A DNA stretch of 64,000 nt. It comes from a virus (taxonomy: Duplodnaviria; Caudoviricetes). Position 1 is the first letter of the stretch. Each line of letters opens with the position of its first letter. Of this stretch, positions 47,133-57,080 are shown in pieces. Both the position numbers and the translations under genes were made by a program. The notes under the pieces were generated by a model. The model did not search any database and was not told where the DNA came from. It saw only the letters and a list, made by a program, of their open reading frames with translations. The stretch lies in IMG/VR virus record IMGVR_UViG_3300032007_000028, one strand, 5' to 3'.

Positions 47133-48779
47133 TTATATATGTAATGCACCGTCAACAACTGAACTGTTCTGAAGGTCGAGCGAACCACTCTCGGCCACAA
47201 CGTCCGTTATCATCGAATGCGAATTTTCGACCACGACTGCTTCAGGCGCCGTTTGACCAAACACGTCGTAGACGTCTGCTACGCTAAGTGGTTCGACTTC
47301 TATCGAAATGTCGCCATCGCCAATCAACGACTGACCATTGATTGTTTTTATGTCGACGTAATCCCAATTCTCCACACCATGATAGTAGTTACCTCGTAGG
47401 AATTTAAGATGTCTCGCTTCTTCCGTCAATTCTGCTCTGATGGGCACCGTTCTCGTTGGATACTTCGTCGGGTAATTTCTTATAATCGTACTGTAAGAAT
47501 CACTGCCAGTGATTGAATAGTGTTGAAAATTGCCATATATCGTTGTCCAGTAAACACTAATCATGACGTTGCCAAAGTTGTTTATCACGATGGAGCAAAT
47601 ATTATCCGAAAAATCGACCAACGTAAAATAATGCATGCCAGGTGATGTAGGCTGTTCAAGTCCTATATTCATATCGATTATATCTTGAACAGATACTTCG
47701 GTTATCATACTATCAATACGGGGGATTAGATGTAAATCGTCTTCACCAGCAAGTTCCTGACCGTTGACCGTCTTTAGATTCGTATAGTTCCACGACTGCG
47801 AACCATTTATATATTTACCACGAAGGAACATTGGGTCAGTGGAAGAAGGCCCCGTCGGAATCGATTTGAATTCCTTGTTCGGGTAGTTGCTTATCTTTGT
47901 CGTCAAATAGTTGTTGCCATATGCAGAATAATAATAATTAAGACCACCGCTCGTATAGTACCTCACGCTCAATGAGGGAGTACCAAAGTTTGCAATGCTT
48001 ATGACACAGTAGTTGCCTGCACGGTCTACGCATGCGAAACTTCTGGACGAGTACTGTGTAGGCACTTCACAACCTATGTCCAAATCGATTATCTCCTGAA
48101 CCGTGTATTCCGTTATTACTTTGTCGCGTAACAAAGGAACATCGTCTTTGATTTCGACGTCTCCGTTTCCTAGCAACGACTGTTCGTTTATCGTCTTCAG
48201 CTTGACTGCACCTTGATAGCCGTTTAAAGTAGACACATAAGGCGTCTGACTTGTTTGTATCGTTATTCTCGGTTCAGATGAAATGCGTGCCAAATAGAGT
48301 CTATAGTTATATATAATGCCAGAATTGTTCTGCGAATACTTGAACACTTTCTCAGAAGAGTCTGCGTTATAGATTTCGGGAATGAACACAAGTTGCGCGT
48401 CCATTTGAGTAACAGCAAGGACGATAATCGCAGACGGTGCATTCATCAAAGCGTTGTAGTCGTCTTCGGGTATTGCAAAGGAAACATTGCTTATGGTCTC
48501 TCTAGTATATTTTCTGACGACGACGTCGTTCTCGAAATCTATTGAGATGTTTCCTTCGCCAAGAATGGATTCTTCGTTAATCGTCTTGATGTTGACGCCG
48601 CTTACAAGCGTGTCTTGCTTGTTCTCTTCGAGAAGGTCGACGTCGCTCTGAACCTGTGCGATTTCCTCTCTGAGTTCGTCGATTACCGAGCCAGGTCTTT
48701 CGTTCGACTTCTTCTCTATCTCAGCAGTGAGAGGGGCTTCCGTGGACTTTATGGTCGCTATCTTTCTAATCTCACTCAT
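47133..48779 (-). CDS. Tail fibre protein with KTINGQSLLGxGD repeats
   Basis: 4 KTIN repeats and an internally duplicated ~140-aa domain. Confidence 0.7.
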   Translation of the reverse strand: MSEIRKIATIKSTEAPLTAEIEKKSNERPGSVIDELREEIAQVQSDVDLLEENKQDTLVSGVNIKTINEESILGEGNISIDFENDVVVRKYTRETISNVSFAIPEDDYNALMNAPSAIIVLAVTQMDAQLVFIPEIYNADSSEKVFKYSQNNSGIIYNYRLYLARISSEPRITIQTSQTPYVSTLNGYQGAVKLKTINEQSLLGNGDVEIKDDVPLLRDKVITEYTVQEIIDLDIGCEVPTQYSSRSFACVDRAGNYCVISIANFGTPSLSVRYYTSGGLNYYYSAYGNNYLTTKISNYPNKEFKSIPTGPSSTDPMFLRGKYINGSQSWNYTNLKTVNGQELAGEDDLHLIPRIDSMITEVSVQDIIDMNIGLEQPTSPGMHYFTLVDFSDNICSIVINNFGNVMISVYWTTIYGNFQHYSITGSDSYSTIIRNYPTKYPTRTVPIRAELTEEARHLKFLRGNYYHGVENWDYVDIKTINGQSLIGDGDISIEVEPLSVADVYDVFGQTAPEAVVVENSHSMITDVVAESGSLDLQNSSVVDGALHI

Positions 48780-49140
48780 ATATGAAGAACCTCTTTCTCG
48801 GAATGACCGTATCGACTATAGGATTGTCCTCGTCAGATGTCTTAGTGACGAGTTTCACTTCGTAGTAATAAGCACCAGGAAGAAGATGCACCGTATCTTC
48901 GTGCGACAGATTCATGTAGATTTCTTTGTCTTCGGTCATGTCAACTATCGTATAGGTCTTTCTGATGAGCGCATGTTCGAATGGCTGATGGGGTTCCATG
49001 ACACCGAAAAGCACGTAATCGTCTTCACCGAGTTCGTACCAATCTGGGTCGATTACAGTCCCCTTGTTTATCTTAATCGCGAACGACAGCGTGTCGCCTC
49101 TCGTCATTGATATGAGTTTATTGTTCGATATCTGAGTCAT
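48772..49140 (-). CDS. BppU-like baseplate upper N-terminal domain protein
   Basis: MTRGDT..LSHEDTVHLLPGAYYYEVKL..VDTVIP; GGAGG SD. Confidence 0.6.
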   Translation of the reverse strand: MTQISNNKLISMTRGDTLSFAIKINKGTVIDPDWYELGEDDYVLFGVMEPHQPFEHALIRKTYTIVDMTEDKEIYMNLSHEDTVHLLPGAYYYEVKLVTKTSDEDNPIVDTVIPRKRFFIYE

Positions 49141-51679
49141 CGTTCGTTTCCTCCGTTTCGGGACCAATCAGTCTGGGGCCTCTCTTGTTGTCGAATTTGA
49201 GATTGAGTGGGTTCTCGTCTTCCTGCGTTCTCTCAGGTGGTGTCTGCTGACGCTTTGAGAATCTGTATTCGTTGCCCTTGACGAATCTTCCCTTGGAATC
49301 TTTGCCCTTCATGCCAACGTCTATCACGTTCTTAAGCGTCTTTCTGTCGCTAGGCAACAGACCACTTGACTCATCGTCAACGTCGTCGAATATCGACAAC
49401 TGAACGGCTTTGTTGTAGGGCATGCCGTAAATCTGCGGGAATATGTAATTAGCATAGTTCAAAGACATATTGTCGCGACAGTATTTTATGTAGTTGTTTA
49501 TGACGGACGCAATCTTCATCATCCAATCCGTGTTGGCGAGAACGAGCAAAGAATGCTTACAGCCAGCGCCTTTCGTGTCATGCGGATTCGTTATGTCGCT
49601 TGGTCTGAGTTCTGGCAGACTACTGTTGTATCTTCCCATGGTCGCCTGATAGCCGAATCTGTATTTCCAGTCAGGGCAGTTGTGAAGAACGACACCAGCG
49701 TCAATCGTGAAGTTCTGATACGTCTTCACTTTGATGTCGTAGACGGGGGTCTGAGGCATTCCAACCTTCTGCTTTCTGACGACGCGCTTGGTCTCACCAA
49801 TCGACTTCAGTTCGTCGCCAATCGCCAAGTCGCATGCCAAAACGTATTTGCCATCGAATCTCATATAGGGGTGCTCTGGCGTCGTCAGTATCTCATCACC
49901 AGTATCGAGCGTTATCTTTATGAAGTCGTTCGTAATCTTCGTGACCCAGACCTTCTCAACGTCACCTGCCACGAAAGTGCCTTTTTTGTCTACGGAGAAC
50001 ACATTCATCTTCTCGCCTGCGTCGAATCTCTGCTTCATCTGTTCGACCGTGGGCGTTGTGCCGTCAAGCAGTCTTATCTTCGTGTTGGGATGCAAGCATG
50101 TGCACGAGATGTAAACGTCATCGTTGTTGAAGGAACGCAATAAAGAGCGCAAAACGCACTTGAATTCCAATTTGTCCTTATTCGACTTGACTTCTTCACG
50201 AAGATTGCGCAGAATGTCCTCGAACGTGACGGTGACCACGTAGTCGTCCGTCTCACCGTGTACCTTGACGCCGAATTCGAGTATGTCGCCCTTCCAGAAC
50301 GCGTCCATGTTGATTGAATCGTAGTCTCTGACGCTATTCGCTATGCGAGAGTATTTGCGTCTCTCCCAGCGGTTTTTGCCTTTGTCTCGATTGGACATGG
50401 CGTAGTTGTCGGCATTCTTCGACTTGTTGATGAGTTCACTACGCTTCTTCTCGATGAGCAAAGACTCGCTCATAGATTCCTTAAGACCAAGTTCAGCAAG
50501 CGTCTTGTCTCCGCCTTGACGATGAATGGGGGCGATTCCCTTCGACTTGAGAATGTCATTTACCTCTGCGTCTGAAAGAAGTCTGTTGACCTTCATCTGA
50601 CCGGTTATGACCCAAGGAACGGTGTCTGGATTCGGGTTCGTTCTGTATCTGTAGTAGCCTTTGCTTGGCAATCTGTTCAAGCCAGCGAGTGAGTGCTGAT
50701 ACTTATCGCTCTTGTATGTGACTACGTTGCCTTCGTCGTCGATTTTGGTTCTTTCGTAACCACGAGCATCTGCGTCTTTTTGATAGTCGACGTCCATCGC
50801 GTAGTCGCATTCGGCCCAAACGAAATCCTTAGGGAATTCGTATTCGCCAGTCTCTTTGTTCAATCTGTCGAATTGCTTCGCACGAGGAACATCGCCAAGA
50901 TGCCAGCCAGGTCTGTATGCAAGATTGCCTGAGCCAGTGGACTTGACCTGAGGTCTGCCTGTCTTTGATAGACCAGCGAACTCGCCTTCTTCAGCATCGA
51001 GCCAGACGCCTATTGGAGTATCTTTGTTATCTTTGTTCGCGACCATGGGTGGATAAAGCTTTCCGTTCTTCACTCTGAAGACCTTATACGCTTTTCCAGT
51101 TTTCTTCGGCTCATACGCTTCTAAGAACGAACCTCCGGTAATCGCGTTGTTCATTATCTTCTGAAGTTCCTTCGCATCGAGATGCGTCGTATCTATGATT
51201 TTGTGGTCTCTACCACTGTAGAAGAGATACATCTCGTCCTTAAATCTGTTGTATTTTCTCATTGCGCCGAGCCAAGCGTCTATAGCCTTTATTTGCTTAG
51301 GCGTAGGTCTCTTGTAGAATACGACTTTGAGTCTGTCGTCTCCCCAACCTCCACCGTCGTTGAGCGTAATCCAGCCCAAATCGTCTACGAGATAGTCCAA
51401 CACGTATCCGTTCCATGTATAAGCGTCTTTATCATGCGTCTTCGTGACGAGTTCCATGACTGAGTCGACGAACTCACCGTGTGTTTCGTAATCAGAGCAG
51501 TCTATCGCATCGCCATCGGGCGACAGCAAAACTACGCTACCATATTCCACGGCAGCCGGGTCTGAGTATGAATAATCGTCTTTATCACTAAGCTTCTCGA
51601 CCCAATCCAAAAACACGTCGGAAGTGAGTGGCTTTTTCGATTTCGTCGTCATGTCTTGTACTTCTCTATACGTATTCAT
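49118..51679 (-). CDS. Polyvalent-like protein with SWIM zinc finger interrupted by a mini-intein
   Basis: N-domain similar to start of the 2122-aa ORF; KAYKVF..LYPPMVAN..LAYRPGWH module; CT-[intein]-CPD...CKH; start may be 51652. Confidence 0.75.
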   Translation of the reverse strand: MNTYREVQDMTTKSKKPLTSDVFLDWVEKLSDKDDYSYSDPAAVEYGSVVLLSPDGDAIDCSDYETHGEFVDSVMELVTKTHDKDAYTWNGYVLDYLVDDLGWITLNDGGGWGDDRLKVVFYKRPTPKQIKAIDAWLGAMRKYNRFKDEMYLFYSGRDHKIIDTTHLDAKELQKIMNNAITGGSFLEAYEPKKTGKAYKVFRVKNGKLYPPMVANKDNKDTPIGVWLDAEEGEFAGLSKTGRPQVKSTGSGNLAYRPGWHLGDVPRAKQFDRLNKETGEYEFPKDFVWAECDYAMDVDYQKDADARGYERTKIDDEGNVVTYKSDKYQHSLAGLNRLPSKGYYRYRTNPNPDTVPWVITGQMKVNRLLSDAEVNDILKSKGIAPIHRQGGDKTLAELGLKESMSESLLIEKKRSELINKSKNADNYAMSNRDKGKNRWERRKYSRIANSVRDYDSINMDAFWKGDILEFGVKVHGETDDYVVTVTFEDILRNLREEVKSNKDKLEFKCVLRSLLRSFNNDDVYISCTCLHPNTKIRLLDGTTPTVEQMKQRFDAGEKMNVFSVDKKGTFVAGDVEKVWVTKITNDFIKITLDTGDEILTTPEHPYMRFDGKYVLACDLAIGDELKSIGETKRVVRKQKVGMPQTPVYDIKVKTYQNFTIDAGVVLHNCPDWKYRFGYQATMGRYNSSLPELRPSDITNPHDTKGAGCKHSLLVLANTDWMMKIASVINNYIKYCRDNMSLNYANYIFPQIYGMPYNKAVQLSIFDDVDDESSGLLPSDRKTLKNVIDVGMKGKDSKGRFVKGNEYRFSKRQQTPPERTQEDENPLNLKFDNKRGPRLIGPETEETNDDSDIEQ
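49679..50098 (-). mobile_element. Mini-intein (140 aa, no endonuclease)
   Basis: CLHPNTKI start, TTPEHP block B, VYDIKV..VLHN/C end. Confidence 0.9.
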
Positions 51680-51710
51680 GCTTAAAAACAGTGTTGTCTG
51701 ATATCTAAAC

Positions 51711-51719
51711 AATTTAGCA
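51711..51719 (-). promoter_or_regulatory. Putative late promoter TGCTAAATT
   Basis: Upstream of intein polyprotein/fibre operon. Confidence 0.65.
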
Positions 51720-51796
51720 AAAACGTATGTTCTCTAACACTCGTCATCGTGCTAAAATAAGTGTAGACTTGCAGTAGGGTTCTGTAAGTCGTTTTT

Positions 51797-53725
51797 TTAT
51801 TTTGCGCTTGCGAATTGTATTATCAGTCTCCAGTTCTTGCCAGAAGCAGACGGAGTCTTAAGCGCGATGAACGTTTTCATTGCGTCGGTCCACATACAAC
51901 GAGGATGATATCCATGAAACGACGATTTCGACGACGTGTTTATGTATATGCTTCCCCATTCGCCTATCAGAAGATTGAACTTCACCGAAGCCACGACTTT
52001 GTCGTAAGAAAATCCACCTGTGCCAATCTGAGTCGTTGAGCTTAGTTTATTAGAGTCGAAAGTAAGGTAGTTCGACGTCGCTCTCGCTATCGATGGCTTT
52101 ATCGGCACATCTATCGTAGACGTATTTTCTATTTCGAATACGAGTTCTTGTGCATCTGCGTAACCCTTCTTCAGCGAATCATATGTCTTGCTTCTGTACG
52201 TCTTCGACTTCAACAGCAAAGAAAGAGTTGGCATCAGATTTATCAGAGAATCACCGCTTTTGTATTTCATTCCATCGAATACGAATTCAATGAGGTCCTG
52301 CATAGAATACGAAGTTACGTAAGCATCGTCGTTCTGAGAAAACCCAGTTATATTGCATCTTCCGCGCTTGCAGATATTCGGCTCGATGAACCAGCCCTTT
52401 CTCTGCTGTCCGCCGTTCTTCATCGGATTGAGCGTTCTAGTATTGCCAAATCTGCAGATTGCTAGACCGAAGTGCTCTATGTTTTCAGAGAACGCGTCGA
52501 GTATGTCGATGTCGCTTGCATGCGACGAGTCGTACGCGTAATCGCTATTGGCTATATGTAGGTTGAACGTTTTGAAGAACTGTGCGGAACCGTGCGTGCT
52601 GAATGTTCTTTCAGTCTCATCTTTGTCAATCACGATGTCTCCTGAACCGACGAGAGATTGACCGTTGATGGTCTTGAGCGATTCGTCCGTCAACAAAGTC
52701 GCACCCGTGTCACCGCTCTCCACTATTCGACCTTTCAGAGGCAGATTCAGTTTATATATGTAGTCCCACTCGGTGACCTTATGGTTGGGACCTGTTCTTT
52801 TTCCTTTGCTTTCGATGTTTATCGCGTCGTATGCGTATGTAGTGGTCATACTGCTCCAATTCGAAGCAGTATGACCGGTCATCGTTGCCGCCCTGAATCC
52901 GTTGCTGTCGATGTGCGCTGTGCCGTTATCGTTCGCTGATTTGAAATGAACAACCGCGTCGTCGTCCATCGTACCACCAGCAAGAGCGAGACAGCCAGAC
53001 GCGGCCGCTATGTCGTCAAGCAACGCGAACGTGCCTGAATGATTCGGGAAACTGTATTGATAACCAGCATCATTATCTATATCATATACAGAAATGCCTG
53101 TATTCCAATATGTAGTATCTATATGGCCAGTTAAATCAGTATGATTCGTTGGTTTGCCGACGTTAGAATCGTCGTTGTTGCCAACAACATTTATATGATT
53201 CATCATTATTGGCGAATCTGAAAACGTCTTTCGCCCAGCGAACGTCTGAGTGCCCGTCGTGACCACCCCCGAAGTCGAAGAAGACGCGACTGGCATCGCG
53301 CCGAACGAAACGTTGGATGTCCCGCTCATCGACAGCGTTCCAGTCGGACCAGAAGTCGTGCCATTGGTCCATGAGAACGAAGTCGGGTAGTAGTTGGTGT
53401 CAGTGGGAAGTTCTCCTTTGGTCGCGTAATTTTGAAGTTCGTCGTAGACAGCACCAGACGTCGGTATGTCGCTGGAATCCTCAGTTATAGAGGTCGTAAC
53501 GTTCGATTCAGTAAGCACGCTCACGCCGTCTTCGTAGAGACTTCCAGTCACGTCTATCGAGCCCTCGACGGTCTGCGTTGCAGAATCGCCTAGACCTACG
53601 AGCAACGCCTTCTCATCAACGATGCCCAAAACGTCGTTGACATTCGCTATTCTTCCAGACGATGCTGGTAAGGTGTTTATGACTGGTTCGTCAGGAGAGA
53701 ATAAAAACAGAGTTTTGTATAGCAT
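51797..53725 (-). CDS. Tail fibre-like protein
   Basis: Thr/Ser-rich, QTFAGRKTF and LKTINGQSLVGSGDI motifs; late motif 7 nt upstream of ATG. Confidence 0.65.
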   Translation of the reverse strand: MLYKTLFLFSPDEPVINTLPASSGRIANVNDVLGIVDEKALLVGLGDSATQTVEGSIDVTGSLYEDGVSVLTESNVTTSITEDSSDIPTSGAVYDELQNYATKGELPTDTNYYPTSFSWTNGTTSGPTGTLSMSGTSNVSFGAMPVASSSTSGVVTTGTQTFAGRKTFSDSPIMMNHINVVGNNDDSNVGKPTNHTDLTGHIDTTYWNTGISVYDIDNDAGYQYSFPNHSGTFALLDDIAAASGCLALAGGTMDDDAVVHFKSANDNGTAHIDSNGFRAATMTGHTASNWSSMTTTYAYDAINIESKGKRTGPNHKVTEWDYIYKLNLPLKGRIVESGDTGATLLTDESLKTINGQSLVGSGDIVIDKDETERTFSTHGSAQFFKTFNLHIANSDYAYDSSHASDIDILDAFSENIEHFGLAICRFGNTRTLNPMKNGGQQRKGWFIEPNICKRGRCNITGFSQNDDAYVTSYSMQDLIEFVFDGMKYKSGDSLINLMPTLSLLLKSKTYRSKTYDSLKKGYADAQELVFEIENTSTIDVPIKPSIARATSNYLTFDSNKLSSTTQIGTGGFSYDKVVASVKFNLLIGEWGSIYINTSSKSSFHGYHPRCMWTDAMKTFIALKTPSASGKNWRLIIQFASAK

Positions 53726-53922
53726 ATCAATGAATTTAGCGTAGAAGAAAAAAGACGCACTAAGCGTCTTCTCGTTCGTCGTATGCTTCTTGACCTTCTA
53801 CCTTCTGTGCATCGACTCGTCGTTCAGCGTCTGACGACAAACTCACAGCATAAATAGTATCGTCTAGTTTCAATTTGTCTATATTTTTAAATAACAAAAT
53901 ATGATATTTTTGTAACTCTTCA

Positions 53923-54891
53923 CTATAAACTTTCGATATGCTTAATCCAAGTATCGAAAGTCACTGATTCCAACAACATGCCTTCTTGATAGAATCTATT
54001 TCTTAGCCCTTGGAGTATCTGCGCCTTCACTTCAGGCTGAATAGACGTAGCCATTTGTTTAAACGTTCTATAAAATTCCGCGAATCTTTTTTCTGTATTG
54101 TCTCGATACTCTTTGTTATCTTGGTTTATCCACTCATCTTTGTTCATGGTGAAATACGCGTCGAACACCATGGAAGCGGCGTAGAACTGAGCGTCTTGGT
54201 ATTTGTTTCTTCTCAATAGTTCATTTATTAGTGCAGTGGAGGAGTCAAGCATGTTGTTGTAGGTTTTGAGGATGTATTTGAAATCGCTTCTGCAAATGCT
54301 TTCGTCCCTCCATTTCCACAAATAGAACGGCGACTGGCAGTATTTAACGTTTGTAGAGCATTTTTGACACAAGATATTAAAGTAAGAATCCTCATGAATC
54401 GTAAGAGAAGGGTTCCATCTGATGTTCTGCTCTAATAGATAGCCTCTTCTATGAACTTTTCCGTGTACGAAAGTGCTGTCGAATTCCCTGTTGATGTAAG
54501 TATGCTCACCATTTGGCAATTTACCTTCTTCGATGAACACAGAAGTCAGACTGTCGAATCCGGTTTGCATTTCCCTGAAGATAATCCAAAGCCCACACAT
54601 ATTGTAGAACATATCGTCTGCGTCGCAGAACATGACGTAATCCGCTTTGCTTAAATCGCACGCTTTTTGTCTTGTGGCGGAAACGCCTTCATGCGTGTTC
54701 TTGTAATACGTAATCTTAAATGGGTAGCTCGTCAGAAGCTTTTTAGATAAGAATACGTCAGACCCATCATTGACGATGATGACGCCTATGTCTTTGAAGT
54801 CGACGTTTTGTTGCAATGCTATGCTGTCTAGCATCGGTTTTAAGACTTCGTCTGTTTCTTTGTACTGTGGAATCAAAATGTCTAATGTCAT
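53923..54891 (-). CDS. Family 2 glycosyltransferase
   Basis: ILIPQY..VNDGS..GVSATR..YVMFCDADD..HEDSYF. Confidence 0.85.
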   Translation of the reverse strand: MTLDILIPQYKETDEVLKPMLDSIALQQNVDFKDIGVIIVNDGSDVFLSKKLLTSYPFKITYYKNTHEGVSATRQKACDLSKADYVMFCDADDMFYNMCGLWIIFREMQTGFDSLTSVFIEEGKLPNGEHTYINREFDSTFVHGKVHRRGYLLEQNIRWNPSLTIHEDSYFNILCQKCSTNVKYCQSPFYLWKWRDESICRSDFKYILKTYNNMLDSSTALINELLRRNKYQDAQFYAASMVFDAYFTMNKDEWINQDNKEYRDNTEKRFAEFYRTFKQMATSIQPEVKAQILQGLRNRFYQEGMLLESVTFDTWIKHIESL

Positions 54892-54933
54892 ATTGAAAAC
54901 ATGTTTCCTTTCTCTAATATATTATACTATATT

Positions 54934-55662
54934 TTACATTCCAATAATCTTTGTGGAAAGCGAACTCCAGTTAGTCGCCGTTTTGAAACTTGTCACTAAA
55001 CTAGATTTTACGTAAATAGAAGTTAATGCTCGGCAATTATAAAATGCACTATTACTAAGAGTTGGGACCGTTGAAGTTAAAAAATATGCTTTTGTTAACT
55101 TAGAACAATAAAAGAAAGCATAATTTCCAATAGTAGTAACATTTGGAAATGATATTGTTGTTAGACTAGAACAATAAGTGAAAGCATAATTTCCAATAGT
55201 CGTAGCATTTGGAAATGATGCAGTTGTTAGATAATTACAATAAGCGAAAGCAGAACTTCTAATAGTAGTAACATTTGGAAATGATATTGTTGTTAGACGA
55301 GGACAATTATTGAAAGCATAATTTCCAATAGTCGTAGCATTTGGAAATGATGCAGTTGTTAGATAACTACAATAAAAGAAAGCAGAACTTCCAATAGTAG
55401 TAACATTTGGAAATGATACAGTTATTAGACTAGAACAACTATAGAAAGCATAACTTCCAATAGTAGACACTCTTGAATTTTCGTATGTAGAAAGAGTTCT
55501 TGTCACGAAAGCATCTTCCGTTTCACTTCCTCCACCGCTCGGAAGGTTCATGATGGCGCTGGGAAAGGCCTGAGCGTTGATGCTCGCGGTTGTTCCACCC
55601 TTGCTTCTAATCGCGTTAGCGATACTCGTCAATAAATCACCTAGATTATTCGATGTTGCCAT
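54934..55662 (-). CDS. ANAIR tag + BspA-type LRR protein
   Basis: 22-aa IGxxAFxxCxxLTTxSFPNxTT repeats; GGAGGAG SD. Confidence 0.8.
   Translation of the reverse strand: MATSNNLGDLLTSIANAIRSKGGTTASINAQAFPSAIMNLPSGGGSETEDAFVTRTLSTYENSRVSTIGSYAFYSCSSLITVSFPNVTTIGSSAFFYCSYLTTASFPNATTIGNYAFNNCPRLTTISFPNVTTIRSSAFAYCNYLTTASFPNATTIGNYAFTYCSSLTTISFPNVTTIGNYAFFYCSKLTKAYFLTSTVPTLSNSAFYNCRALTSIYVKSSLVTSFKTATNWSSLSTKIIGM
55096..55461. repeat. 66-bp coding tandem repeat (about 5.5 copies)
   Basis: Near-identical scaffold codons with hypervariable NNT codons. Confidence 0.85.
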
Positions 55663-55676
55663 AAAAGTACTCCTCC

Positions 55677-56975
55677 TCAATAATCGGCGTTTATGGCAGG
55701 GATAATCCCGCCGTTTACTATCTGCTCTATATTACGATTTACATCCATATACACGTTGGTTTCATACGATAAGTTTCTGTCAGGAATCGTAATCGTTTTT
55801 CTGCTGGATGACGTGCCTTTTACGCCTAAATGGATGTGAACGTTTTGTAAATAATTCATTAAACTTGCAGAAGTATCCGTTGAATTGAGATATATATATG
55901 AGCACCCACTATCTACGATAATATATTGACAATAATTTATTGTTGACGATGAATTGCCAAATATGATGTAGTAGCAATCGTCTCCAAATGTATTGAAGTT
56001 GCAACTATTCCCAAATGTATTGTATCGGCAACTATCCCCAAACGTATTTGAGTAGCAACCATTACCAAATGTATTAGTGTAACAACTGTCGCCAAACGTG
56101 TTGTAGTTGCAACTATCCCCAAACGTATTGTAGTAACAATTACTTCCAAATGTATTGGAATGACAATTGTATGCAAATGTGTTGTTGTAGCAACCTTCTT
56201 CAAATCTGTTATAGTAGCAACTAAAAGAAGTGTTAGTTGAATAAAATACATTAAAGTTAAGCTGTCGCTTACTTGAAACAATGTATTCTTTCACTATATT
56301 ATCATAGCATTTTTTACTTAAACCTAACAATGAAGCATCTTTAATCGTACTATTTTCGGTATAAGTAAACGTATAGGCATTCGTGTATTTTCCAGAAAAT
56401 GTAAATAATATATTCTTAAAATCATACGGTACATCATTATTGAACTCATCAATCATTCGATAAACTACGCCTTTACCATTCGCGCTATCGGCCCACGCAA
56501 ACCTCGTCGTATCATTATCCAGACAATACCAAAGTTGCCACGCCTCCAACTTACTGTTCGCGAAATACGTATCGCCAGAATGCAAACATGCCCTCGCAAT
56601 TTCGTTAAGTTTGTTCGCGCTGTCGGCCGTGACGATGATGTCGAAAGCGTGACCAGCAGAAGAAGTGTTCGATTGAGTAGTCGTACACTGATAGTCGGTG
56701 ATTCTATATTGTCTGCCAGAAACTAACGTACCGCCGTCCCTCAACGCTTTGAGATTGGCGTATGTGATTGACGTGAGTGGTACGGACTCTGGTATGTTCT
56801 TCCACGTCATTCCGCCGTTTTCGAGGGAAAGGTATTGCCCGTCGGAACCCGATGGTAAAGTATCTTGTTTTCTCGCGTCGATTTCCTCTTGAAACACGGC
56901 GAGATTGTCTAAAGTGATTAGTTTATCAGATGCATCGTTCGCCGTCTGATTGAGCGTACCGTTTTCGATAGCCAT
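55677..56975 (-). CDS. Tail fibre/spike with 11-aa NTFGxxCxx beta-helix repeats
   Basis: Paralog of the C-half of 59822 ORF. Confidence 0.75.
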   Translation of the reverse strand: MAIENGTLNQTANDASDKLITLDNLAVFQEEIDARKQDTLPSGSDGQYLSLENGGMTWKNIPESVPLTSITYANLKALRDGGTLVSGRQYRITDYQCTTTQSNTSSAGHAFDIIVTADSANKLNEIARACLHSGDTYFANSKLEAWQLWYCLDNDTTRFAWADSANGKGVVYRMIDEFNNDVPYDFKNILFTFSGKYTNAYTFTYTENSTIKDASLLGLSKKCYDNIVKEYIVSSKRQLNFNVFYSTNTSFSCYYNRFEEGCYNNTFAYNCHSNTFGSNCYYNTFGDSCNYNTFGDSCYTNTFGNGCYSNTFGDSCRYNTFGNSCNFNTFGDDCYYIIFGNSSSTINYCQYIIVDSGCSYIYLNSTDTSASLMNYLQNVHIHLGVKGTSSSRKTITIPDRNLSYETNVYMDVNRNIEQIVNGGIIPAINADY

Positions 56976-57080
56976 AACTTTCCTCCTTTTAATGGATTAG
57001 ATGATTTTTGATGAATATAGTTCCCGCATTGCATAGCAGGGTCCTTGGATAGGATGCTCTTCGAAGATAGCTATTTTAAT

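Noticed and set aside
55096-55461. CRISPR-like periodic repeat (66 bp)
   Set aside because: In-frame LRR coding repeat with no unique spacers and no cas genes.
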